Below are positions 13,050 through 23,200 of a stretch of 64,000 bases of DNA, piece after piece. Within the stretch, counting starts at the first letter, position 1, and each line of letters starts with the position of its first letter. The translations under genes and the position numbers were made by a program. The notes under the pieces were generated by a model that was not told where the DNA came from, made no database searches, and worked only from the letters and a program-made list of their open reading frames with translations. The DNA lies in contig CACHAX010000002.1 of NCBI GenBank assembly GCA_902577875.1, positions 1,040 to 65,039 on the forward strand, read 5' to 3'. Origin of the DNA: an uncultured Pelagibacteraceae bacterium. GTDB taxonomy: Bacteria > Pseudomonadota > Alphaproteobacteria > Pelagibacterales > Pelagibacteraceae.

Positions 13050-13217
13050 TTATTTAACTAGTATTTTAAGCAATTTTTGATAAATTTTTCAACAATGGAG
13101 ATTATAATTAATACACCAAATTTATACATCCATCTTCAGGATGCAGTATTAATGGTTCAGTATGTAATAGATGGATTAATTCACATTACATCAAACATTA
13201 AATTATAACCATATTCC

Positions 13218-13982
13218 GTGGATTTCATATTTGTACTTGTTCTAGGAGCACTTTGGGGAAGTTTTGCAAATGTTTGCATTTACCGACTACCACTAGAAAG
13301 AGGAGTTGTCTCTGGAAGATCATTTTGCCCAAAGTGTAATAAAACAATAACTTGGAAAGATAATATACCTATAATTTCTTTTTTATTTTTAAAGGGCAAG
13401 TGTAGAAACTGTAACAAAAAAATTTCTTCACAGTATTTAACTGTAGAAGCAATAAGTATTTTGCTGTTTTTAATTATCTATTATCTTTATGGAATTAGTA
13501 TCACTACTCTTCTCTTAATGATTTTAGGTCTAAGTTTTTTGATAATTTTTTTTATAGATTTTAAACATTATATAATTCCGAATGTTCTAACTTTCTCAAT
13601 GATGCTGCTTGGTTTTATAAAATCTTTTGTACCAGATTTACATCCGATGTTTCCAAATTATTTAAATTCGTTAATTGGAGGAATATTTGGATATGGAATT
13701 ATTTGGTCTATAATTTTTTTTTATAAACAAGTAAGAAAAAAAGAAGGGATGGGGCTAGGTGATGCAAAATTATTATCTGCTATTGGATTTTGGTTTGGAT
13801 GGTTTTCGATACCTTTTGTGATTTTTCTATCATCCATAATTGCATTATTATCAGTCACACCAAGTTTGATAAATAAATCAAAAAAATTTTCCTCTCAAAT
13901 TCCGTTCGGCCCTTATATTATTCTTGCAACATTGATATATTTGATATTTGAAAGTAATATTAGATTAATAATTTTTTATTAA
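13218..13982 (+). CDS. pilD: Prepilin peptidase/N-methyltransferase
   Basis: GSFANVCIYRLP, CPKC and CRNC Zn motifs, FIDFKH, GMGLGDAKL, IPFGPY. Confidence 0.95.
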   Translation: MDFIFVLVLGALWGSFANVCIYRLPLERGVVSGRSFCPKCNKTITWKDNIPIISFLFLKGKCRNCNKKISSQYLTVEAISILLFLIIYYLYGISITTLLLMILGLSFLIIFFIDFKHYIIPNVLTFSMMLLGFIKSFVPDLHPMFPNYLNSLIGGIFGYGIIWSIIFFYKQVRKKEGMGLGDAKLLSAIGFWFGWFSIPFVIFLSSIIALLSVTPSLINKSKKFSSQIPFGPYIILATLIYLIFESNIRLIIFY

Positions 13983-13994
13983 TCATTTAAATTT

Positions 13995-14873
13995 ATGTTT
14001 GAAAAAATAATAGTCAATAATTCAGCAATTATCGTTGGCAACTCTGAGAAAATTAAATTAACTTTAGCTGCAATTGTTTCAGAAGGAAGCATTTTGATAG
14101 AAGATTATCCTGGATCAGGCAAGACGACTTTTGCAAAATCTATTACTCAAAGCTTAGGTTTAAATTTCAAAAGAGTTCAATTTACTTCAGATCTTTTGCC
14201 AAGTGACATACTTGGATTTAATATTTTTTTAGACGGTAAATTGAATTTCCAGAAAGGCCCAATTTTTACAAATATAGTTTTGGCCGATGAATTAAATAGA
14301 GGAAGTCCAAAATCTCAAAGTGCTTTTCTTGAAGCGATGGAAGAAAAAAACGTTTCAATTGATGGGGTGAGTTATAGCCTTCCAGAACCTTTTTTTGTAA
14401 TTGCCACACAAAATCCAATGGACTCATCAGGCACAAGTTCTCTTCCAGATTCTCAACTAGATAGATTTATGATTTCTTATTCATTATCAGATTTAAATGA
14501 TGAAGATAAAATAGCAATGTTAAAGAAAGAAATTAATTTTGATCAGCAAAAATCTGAAAATATAGATTGGCAAAAAATAAAAGAAAGAAAAAATATTATC
14601 ACTGTAAAGGATGAAATTTACAAATATGTCTTAAGTGTTGAGCAAAGAATTCAAAGTCTTGATCAAAAAATATATATCTCTGCAAGATGCCTAAAACAAA
14701 TAATCAATTTAGCTAAAGGTTGGGCAATTATTAATAATAAAGATTATGTTACTCATCAGGATATCAAAGATACAATTCCATATATTTTAAGGCACAGAAT
14801 AAGGTTTTTAAATCAAGATGAAAAAATAGAATTCGTTAATAAAGAAATTCTTGAGAAGATTGATATTAGTTAA
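13995..14873 (+). CDS. MoxR-family AAA+ ATPase
   Basis: PGSGKT, RVQFTSDLLPSD, ADELNR, ATQNP, LDRF. Confidence 0.93.
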   Translation: MFEKIIVNNSAIIVGNSEKIKLTLAAIVSEGSILIEDYPGSGKTTFAKSITQSLGLNFKRVQFTSDLLPSDILGFNIFLDGKLNFQKGPIFTNIVLADELNRGSPKSQSAFLEAMEEKNVSIDGVSYSLPEPFFVIATQNPMDSSGTSSLPDSQLDRFMISYSLSDLNDEDKIAMLKKEINFDQQKSENIDWQKIKERKNIITVKDEIYKYVLSVEQRIQSLDQKIYISARCLKQIINLAKGWAIINNKDYVTHQDIKDTIPYILRHRIRFLNQDEKIEFVNKEILEKIDIS

Positions 14874-15790
14874 TGTTGGTTCAATCTCTAAAAAGATATA
14901 ATCAGATTAATTTAAGAAATTTCTTCAAATTAAAAAATAATTCAAAAATATATATCTACCCAAATTTCAATGGCATTGGCCTTTCATTATTTATTTTTTT
15001 TTGTTTCTTAATTTCAGTCTTTTATGAAAGTAATTCAGGATTACTTTTATCAATTATTATTTTTTTTATTTTCTTTATATCTATACTTATATCACATCAG
15101 AATATTACTAATTTAAAGATAAGTTCTTTCAATGAATTTTATTTAGAGGCTAATAAGAATAAAAATTTAACATTCATAATAGAAAATTTATCAAAAGAAA
15201 AAAAGCTCAATATAAATATTAATTATCAAAAAAAAAATTTAGGAAATTTTAATTTTTTAAAAAAAATAAGTTACTTTAAGCTAAATTATAATAAGAAATT
15301 AAGGGGGATATATCCATTAGATATACTATCTTTAGATTCAATATATCCATTTGGTATTATCAAAACAAAAATTAATTATAAACTTGATTGTGACATTATT
15401 GTTTACCCAAAAAGCATAAAACCAAACCAAGAACTATTAAATGAGTTTAATATTGATAAATATATTGAAGCTGATGATTTTGATGGGATAGACGAATTCA
15501 AAAATGGGAATAGCTTTTCTAAAATTGCTTGGAAAAAATCAACAATAGAAAAAAAATATATTAAAATCTTTAAAGATAAACAAAAAATTCAGAAACTAAT
15601 TTTAGATTTAGATAGGTATAATGAATTGGATTTTGAATTATTGCTAAGCTATTCTACATATATTATTCAACACTTTTATAAAAACAAAATAAATCTCACA
15701 CTAAAACATCAAGGAAAAACCTTCTTACTTGATAAAAACGAAAAATCTTTAAATCAAATTTATAAATATCTTGCTTATGCTAAAAATTAA
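14873..15790 (+). CDS. DUF58-family protein (MoxR partner)
   Basis: Two N-terminal TMs, RG, YPFG, VYPK, DFDGIDEF..G...KIAWKKS; lies between moxR and transglutaminase. Confidence 0.78.
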   Translation: MLVQSLKRYNQINLRNFFKLKNNSKIYIYPNFNGIGLSLFIFFCFLISVFYESNSGLLLSIIIFFIFFISILISHQNITNLKISSFNEFYLEANKNKNLTFIIENLSKEKKLNININYQKKNLGNFNFLKKISYFKLNYNKKLRGIYPLDILSLDSIYPFGIIKTKINYKLDCDIIVYPKSIKPNQELLNEFNIDKYIEADDFDGIDEFKNGNSFSKIAWKKSTIEKKYIKIFKDKQKIQKLILDLDRYNELDFELLLSYSTYIIQHFYKNKINLTLKHQGKTFLLDKNEKSLNQIYKYLAYAKN

Positions 15791-17669
15791 TAAAAATATA
15801 TCTTTAATTACATATATATTATTGGCCTTATGTATTTTTAATTTATCTGAAAACTTAAACTTTAATAATATAATATTTTGGATATTATTATTTGTTATCA
15901 GTTACCTCTTTTCCAATATTATTTTTAAATATAAATCTTTATTCATAGGTTTATTTGCAATAACAGCTTTGTATATTCAATTAGTTATAAATCAGTATGT
16001 AATGTCTGAAGAATTCTTTTTAAATTCTTTGGCGGTTTTATTAATCATTAAGTTTTCTGAGTTGTCTGATAAGAATAATAATTTATCATTTAATTTAATT
16101 TGTATGATTGTTGCTGTTGCAAGTTTGATTAAAGACCAAGGTATTGTTAGTTCGTTTGTTTCTTTTTCAATAATTATTTTATTAGTTATAAACATGTATT
16201 TTATTCAACAGAAAGAACTCTTAGATTTTAATTATAAAAATATTTTAAAATACTTAGGTTTTGGACTTAGTATATTCCCATTTATAATTATATTTTATTT
16301 AATATTCCCAAGAGCAGAGATTAACTTTAGATTATTTGATAATTCAGCAAGTTCTTTAGGTATCCCAGATACAATAAGCTTAGGTTCGTTTAGTCAGTTC
16401 TCAAATTCCGATGAAGAGATATTTACCTTAATAAACAATGATTACAGACAAGATGATTTATATTTTAGAGTTAAAATATTTGATTATATGGAGCAAAATC
16501 AATCTTGGAGACCATCATCTAGTTATTTTTTATTTAGTAAATTTAAAGATCATTTTAAAATCTCTGACAAGATTGATCTTAATAATTCTTATCAAATAAT
16601 TTTGGAACCTTATAATAAAAAGTGGATACCCAGTTTAAAAAATTCACAGCTAGTAAATGAAAATATTAAAATCACAAAAGATTTATTTAATGAGACGTTT
16701 ATTAGCAAAGATCTTATAGATAGAAAAAAACAGATAAAATTTAACAATATTAAAACTACATTTTATTTAGATGAGGAGATTAAAAGTTATTATACATTAT
16801 TACCTAAAACTATTTCAAATAAATTAAAACTATGGGTTAAGAAAAATAATAATTCTTCTAAAGAGGATTTTATAAATAAGATTTATGATAGATTTTCTAA
16901 TGGATCTTATTTTTATAATTTAAGTCCAAAACAAACATCGATAAATAATTATGAAAATTTCTTCTTTAATGACAAAGAAGGGTACTGCGAATATTATGCA
17001 GGTACATTTGTTTTACTCGCAAGATTAGCTGGCGTTCCTAGTAGAGTTGTAACAGGTTACTATGGCGGTGAATTAAATGAAGTTGGGAATTTTTACTCTT
17101 TTAAGCAAAAGGATACTCATGCTTGGGCAGAAGTATGGTTTGATGATAAAGGATGGGTAAGAGTAGATCCTACAAAAGCTATTCCAAAAGAAAATATTAT
17201 TAACAGTTTAAATAACGTTTTTAACACTAATGACCTTTCTTCAAATGGATTGCTGTCATCTAGATTTATTAAAACTCTAGGTTTTTATTTTAATTATTTA
17301 GATTTTGTTTGGACACAACATTTACTATCTTATGATGATAAGCAAAGAAAAAATTTTATTGAAAGAGTATTAAATTTACAATTTTCAAAAATATTTATTT
17401 GGATTTTTGCTCCACTACTAATTTATATTTTAGTAAGATTAATATTGAGTATTAATTCAATTAATTTACTTAAATTTAGGTTATTTATTATTCTATTTGG
17501 AAAAAGAAAAAACTTAAAAATTTTAAAATCTGATACTCTTCAACAAGTTTATTATAAACTTTCAAGTAACGATAAACAAAAATATAAATTATTTTTCAAA
17601 GTTTTTGAGGAGGAAGTTTATTCTAATAATAAGTTAGGTTTTATAAAAATATTTAAATTAGTTTTTTAA
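15771..17669 (+). CDS. Membrane-anchored transglutaminase-like protein (TgpA/DUF3488 type)
   Basis: Multi-TM N-terminus ending FPR; triad GYCEYYA / HAWAEV / RVDPT; late TM. Confidence 0.9.
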   Translation: MLMLKINKNISLITYILLALCIFNLSENLNFNNIIFWILLFVISYLFSNIIFKYKSLFIGLFAITALYIQLVINQYVMSEEFFLNSLAVLLIIKFSELSDKNNNLSFNLICMIVAVASLIKDQGIVSSFVSFSIIILLVINMYFIQQKELLDFNYKNILKYLGFGLSIFPFIIIFYLIFPRAEINFRLFDNSASSLGIPDTISLGSFSQFSNSDEEIFTLINNDYRQDDLYFRVKIFDYMEQNQSWRPSSSYFLFSKFKDHFKISDKIDLNNSYQIILEPYNKKWIPSLKNSQLVNENIKITKDLFNETFISKDLIDRKKQIKFNNIKTTFYLDEEIKSYYTLLPKTISNKLKLWVKKNNNSSKEDFINKIYDRFSNGSYFYNLSPKQTSINNYENFFFNDKEGYCEYYAGTFVLLARLAGVPSRVVTGYYGGELNEVGNFYSFKQKDTHAWAEVWFDDKGWVRVDPTKAIPKENIINSLNNVFNTNDLSSNGLLSSRFIKTLGFYFNYLDFVWTQHLLSYDDKQRKNFIERVLNLQFSKIFIWIFAPLLIYILVRLILSINSINLLKFRLFIILFGKRKNLKILKSDTLQQVYYKLSSNDKQKYKLFFKVFEEEVYSNNKLGFIKIFKLVF

Positions 17670-20255
17670 AAGAAGATTTCTTTCAGTTTTAAGTTTATTA
17701 TTTTCTTTAATCAATTGAATAATCATATCTTTCAATATTCTATTTTCCTCAACAGCTCTACCACTTATCTCAGCCAATCTCTCATTTTCTTTAGCTAGAT
17801 GCAATTGATCAAATAATTTTTCTAATTCTGGATCAATAGGTAGACCCTCTATTTTTTTGCTAATATTATTTTGAATTACTTTCGTTAATGAAATACTTAC
17901 TTGGCTGTCTTTAAGTCCATTTTGTTCATCAAACCCTAGATTAAAGTTTAAACCAAAATTATCAGTATTTTTGCTGATATTTAAACCTGCTTTTAATGCT
18001 AAATCATCATCCATATAATGGGCCATGTCTTTTCTTTCACCGTCTGCAACAATGTCAATTTTTTCACTCAAAGTTTGATTTAAAAATAGGCCTGTATATG
18101 GCTTAAGAACGAAGCCATTTTCAAAAGACTTTGAATACTCAACATTAAATCCACCTGATAATACTTGATCCACAGCATCATCAACAGAAAGATCCCCATC
18201 TGTAAAGGATGATAAATAAGTAGGTAGTTTTCTTAGACCATATTTACCATCCACTTCAATATTTAAACTTTGACTATCATCAATTTCTATTTCTTTAGAA
18301 GCTCTATAATTTACAGCAGCAAAGTGACCTAGATTTTCTTTTGAAATGGTTTGCTTTGTTTCAGTTTCTAGATCTAAATATTTATTTTGAGATAATCCAA
18401 AAATTGAAACAACAGAAAATTTAAATTTCTCGTAATCAATTTCTTTTTTTAAACCGATAGCTAAATTTTCACTATCTAAAGCTTCTCCATTATTAAATTT
18501 TGCCTGCTGACTAGAATAACTTAAGAATGGAGTAAAATTATTATTTTCAATTTTAAAATCTCCAGTAACACCTGTTATTTGATTTTTATAAATATTGTCT
18601 CTTTTTTTTTTAGAGAAATATACACTAGACTTTTTTTCTTCTGAAACTGAATTAAAAATATCATTTAAATTAGATAAAAATATTTCCGATCGATATTTTT
18701 TATTATGACTGTCAATATCTAAATCTTCACCATAAACATATAAAAAACCATTAGTTTCTGAATTATCAGCATCTGGATCACTGTTACTATCTAATATTTC
18801 ATAGGTATCGTTTCCACAAAGATTATTTGTTACAACCATATTTGTTTTTCTATGGATTTCTATTTTTTGATCTTTTGAAATACTACAATCTAATGTCATT
18901 GTCGAAGTTGAATCTTTTAAATCAATCTCACCTTCATAAGTACCTTCACCTTTTGTAACAATATTTATACCTGTACTAGAAGAGTTAAGTATAAATATAG
19001 AATTATCAGATCCGGAAATTGTACCATGATTATTTATCGTAATATTAAACATTGGGTTGGCATTTCTTCCAATACCAATTCCATCTGCTAAAGAGCCTGA
19101 TGTTGCACTAATCGTGCCATAATTGTTTAAAGTATTATTTACTCTGTTGGTTCCATCATTTTCATACAATATTCCATATCCCGTATTATTGCTTGCAGAA
19201 ATGGTTCCGTGATTTGTTATCGTAGAATTATCTACATTTGAAGATTGCATGCCCATACCAACCCCAGATATAGTACCTGTATTAGTAACAACGGTGCCGT
19301 CCGATTGATTTATTGACATACCTGAATTTGCAGCTGTAGCAGTTATTGTTCCAGAATTTGTTATAGTGGTATTATCTCCATGTGAAATTACTACAGCGTT
19401 ATTTCCACCTGACATTGTCCCTGTATTAATGAAAGTAACATCCGAGCACGTTTTGCAGTAAAGTACACTTTTATCTGCTGCAGTTATTGTTCCATGATTA
19501 GTAAAATTGATATCTTGAGATTGTTCAATATTCACTGCGTGTCTGTCAGCACCTTCAATTGTTCCTCCTTTGTAATTAACGAATTCAAAATCAACTACAT
19601 GAAATGCCTTAATTGGACTGTCTCCTGTTCCTGTTGTTTTAATAATTCCACCGTCATAATTATAAATTTTAAGACCTTTACTCCTGTGATTACCCGAGGC
19701 TCCTGAACCTAACCAGATTGTTTCATGAGCAGAAGTAATAGTCCCATAATTATACAAGGTAAGACCAACACCATTTGATTGACCAGATAAATCGGCATGG
19801 CAATTAGCACCATTAAAATGACAGTTACCAACGTTTCTTCCTGAGATTGCGTTATTTCCTTCAGCACTTATTGTGGCCCCAGCGTTATTAGTAATTATAA
19901 CATTCTCAGCATAATCTAAGATTATACCTTCATTATTATCTGAGTTAATTGTACCATTATTTGTTATTGTAGTGTTAAGAGAAGATAAAGCATGAATTGC
20001 CTTTTGCTTGCTAGTTCCATCCTCTGTTTGAATTGTTCCATCATTAGTAATTTGAACTCCACTAGTACTTTCGAGATCAACAGCTTTATGATCATTGTAA
20101 GTGATTGAACCAGCAGAAGTAACATTTAAAATATCATCATCTGCACAAGCTAATTGATTTGTTGATGCAGCAGCAATGGTAGTTAAACACGGACCCGCAT
20201 AACTTATTGAACTAAATAAAAAGTAAAAGATTATACTTAGTAAAATCTTTTTCAT
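17658..20255 (-). CDS. Secreted beta-helix repeat protein with probable autotransporter-like barrel (putative adhesin)
   Basis: Signal peptide; many N-x-G-T-I repeats; alternating beta-strand pattern in the C-terminal third; coiled-coil tail. Confidence 0.65.
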   Translation of the reverse strand: MKKILLSIIFYFLFSSISYAGPCLTTIAAASTNQLACADDDILNVTSAGSITYNDHKAVDLESTSGVQITNDGTIQTEDGTSKQKAIHALSSLNTTITNNGTINSDNNEGIILDYAENVIITNNAGATISAEGNNAISGRNVGNCHFNGANCHADLSGQSNGVGLTLYNYGTITSAHETIWLGSGASGNHRSKGLKIYNYDGGIIKTTGTGDSPIKAFHVVDFEFVNYKGGTIEGADRHAVNIEQSQDINFTNHGTITAADKSVLYCKTCSDVTFINTGTMSGGNNAVVISHGDNTTITNSGTITATAANSGMSINQSDGTVVTNTGTISGVGMGMQSSNVDNSTITNHGTISASNNTGYGILYENDGTNRVNNTLNNYGTISATSGSLADGIGIGRNANPMFNITINNHGTISGSDNSIFILNSSSTGINIVTKGEGTYEGEIDLKDSTSTMTLDCSISKDQKIEIHRKTNMVVTNNLCGNDTYEILDSNSDPDADNSETNGFLYVYGEDLDIDSHNKKYRSEIFLSNLNDIFNSVSEEKKSSVYFSKKKRDNIYKNQITGVTGDFKIENNNFTPFLSYSSQQAKFNNGEALDSENLAIGLKKEIDYEKFKFSVVSIFGLSQNKYLDLETETKQTISKENLGHFAAVNYRASKEIEIDDSQSLNIEVDGKYGLRKLPTYLSSFTDGDLSVDDAVDQVLSGGFNVEYSKSFENGFVLKPYTGLFLNQTLSEKIDIVADGERKDMAHYMDDDLALKAGLNISKNTDNFGLNFNLGFDEQNGLKDSQVSISLTKVIQNNISKKIEGLPIDPELEKLFDQLHLAKENERLAEISGRAVEENRILKDMIIQLIKENNKLKTERNLLLKN

Positions 20256-20267
20256 ATATGTTGGTGA

Positions 20268-23200
20268 TTAATAATTCTGTCTCCACGAACTTCTAAATCC
20301 AGTTGTTCCACCAGCTGCCGCATCTAATGTGACTAAATCTTTTTTCTTACCAGTTGATTGTCCAGCAATGTTTGCGAATAATTTATCAGCAAATACAACA
20401 ATTCGAGATAAAACACCTTGACCTACATATTTACAAACATCTGTTTTATTTCTTAGACCACCAAGTTTATATGAAAAATTAGTTCCACATTCATCATCAA
20501 CACCGCAAATAAATGCATCTCCTAAGCTACATTTGTTTACAGATGAAGATGGTTGATAAATTGGGAAGTAAACCAAACCACTTGATACAGTAGGTTCAGC
20601 TGTTACTTTTTGAGAATTTTCTAATGAAATATACCATCCCACATCTCCTGGTAATTGTGGACAACTAGCACCCGATGCATCTTTAGTAGTATTTTTACAT
20701 TTTGAAAGATCAGCAGCTTTAGTTGCAGTAGCAATATTTCTATACAATGGATAATCAGGATCAGCAATTCCAAACATCATATTGTTATTTGTTGAAGTTG
20801 TATCTCCAATTCTTTCATAGTCTCCTGTACCTGCATACAACCATAAAGAATTTGTAGTTTGACCAATTGTTGCATCCATTGAGTGATACATATATCTTCC
20901 ATTTGCTGCAGTTGACCCAGCTGTAAATAGTGTTGTGCTATCAAATTGTTTAATTTTATTTCCAGAACCATCCTCAGACATATTAGTCAAATTGAATTTA
21001 GTAATTTTTCCCTCTAAATCATTTAGATAAACTAAGGCACCTCTATAATTAACTCCTCTTGCAGTATCAGGAGTTATAACAACTGCTGATCCAGGTGTAG
21101 AATTTACTATATCATTTGTTGTCAGATCTTCTATTTGAAGCACTTTATATATAGCTCCTGGCAATGTTGTATTTTCTAAATCAACAAGAAATAAATTTGA
21201 TCCTGTTCCCATGTGTTGAGCACCAAAACCTCCACCCATAATTGCAACATACTTATCATCTTCTATATTTACATCTCCAGCACCATTGTTTGGTATTCTA
21301 ACTATTCTAGGTGCTGACCAAGTTTCTCCAAGTGTACTGTAATCATATAATGGTTGTGATTGAACTCCTGTTAATTTTGATCCAGGCTTAATATAAAGTC
21401 CAAAATTGGTACTAGATTTACTAATATCTCCTGGATCATAACCATAGTATGTAACATCTTTTGGAAGGTCTATATAAGTTCCAGAACCAGATGAATAATT
21501 TCCAACACTAAATGATACGGACTTATTATCTATAATTATTTCTAAATCTGATGCTGATATACCTGTAAGTTCGGTTGGTAAAACCCATCTCTTAGATTTA
21601 AAACATTGGTTTGCTGAATTGTTTGCACAAGTTTGACTTCCAGTTCCAGCTTCAGCATTATCTTTAGCTTGTATTGCAGCTGGTAATGATGAAAGAGGAT
21701 AAGAAGTTGGTATATAATCGAACGAGCTAATATTTTGATTATGATCCATGACATGAACTCTTTTCAAAGTTGTATCATTCAATACGGAATATAAATGGAG
21801 TGGTTTATCTGGTTTAGTAACATCTAAGACTGAAAATCCATTTCCACCTCTTCCATAAGGTACCAGTAAAATAGTGTGCCAAGCTTTAGTTGTTCCAAGT
21901 GGACTCTTGAAATACATATCATGAGCCGTTACAGATCCATCTACACCATAAATGGCATTTGAACCTCCACCTGTGGTACTATTTAAATTAACATTCACAA
22001 CAGTTGCCAAAGAAGTAGCTACAAACGGAGGAACAAATCCCCATAATTCTTTTCCATTTTCAGCATCAAATGCATGTAACATTCCATCGTTTGCTCCAAC
22101 ATAAATTACTTCTTTCCTTGTAGAGTTACTTTGTGCAAATGATTCATAATTTTTTAAAGATCTGTAATAAGATTCTTGATTGCTTGAGGTAAATGCAGTT
22201 TCAGCACTTGGTTTTCCTATGACTATCATTTCCGAATGATAGATGTCTCCTAACGGGTGAACTCTTGTCTCAGTTAAATTACAATCACCATCGTAATCAA
22301 AATAATCAGTTCCTCTAATAAAATTTATAAGGCCTTTCACATCATCATCTGCATCATTTTCAACACCATTGGTACTTGCACACCTAGTTGTATTTGATGG
22401 ATAAGAAGAAGTTCCAGCAGTAAAAGTTTTGTTGTGGTAAGCTGGCACTTCATTACCAGTATAGCCAAAAATAGAATTAATTTCTGACCAATTGGTATCA
22501 ACGAAATTATTGTAATCAGTTTTGTAGTCCGTCCCAGGTATAGCACTCCAAATTTTTCTTTTATCAGGCGCAGGCAATTTATCTATTGCACTCCAATTTT
22601 TACTATCTGTTGTATCTAAGTTTCCATTACTATCGATAGCAGTTCTAGTTAGTGTACCTCTCCATTCTTTATTTTGTTCATAATCAAACTGAGCTTGGAA
22701 TAAAGATCCACCTTCTGTAACAGTTGCAGTAATTGCAGGAGCTGTAAATGATAACTTTGATGCTATTATTTGAGATATAGCTGCCTTTAATTGTGATTTT
22801 AAGGATGATGTAGTATTTGCAATTATTACATCTTTCGTTCCACCTGCTATTGCCATGTTCCTAAAATTATTTATTCCACTGCCACTAAGTCCCCCTCCAT
22901 AAGCTACCGTAAAAGTTTTTATATTATGTCTATTATAAAGATTAATAACCTTTTGTCTTGCATTGTTATGATAAGCCCATTGTCCATCACCAATTACAAG
23001 AACATAACTATTTTGACAGGTTAAAGCTTTATCGACGGGAGAAAATCTATTATGTAAATAATACTCTTCAGCTTGTTTTGCCCAATCAAGTGCATTTGTT
23101 CCTCCACCTGCACTTACTCTTGAAACTTCTCTATTAATTCTTTGTGCACCTTGTTTATGAGCTCTTACTTTTATACAGTCTGTAGAACTACAAGGAACAG

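Noticed and set aside
13050-13217. Short 23-codon minus-strand ORF (MYKFGVLIIISIVEKFIKNCLKY) and a weak CATC/GATG inverted repeat in the GAF-PP2C/pilD spacer
   Set aside because: No clear Shine-Dalgarno or motif; stem too short to support
18990-20120. Recurring GTTCC/GTACC...ATT words suggesting a DNA repeat array or CRISPR
   Set aside because: They are codons of the NxGTI protein repeats; no fixed repeat-spacer periodicity and no cas genes
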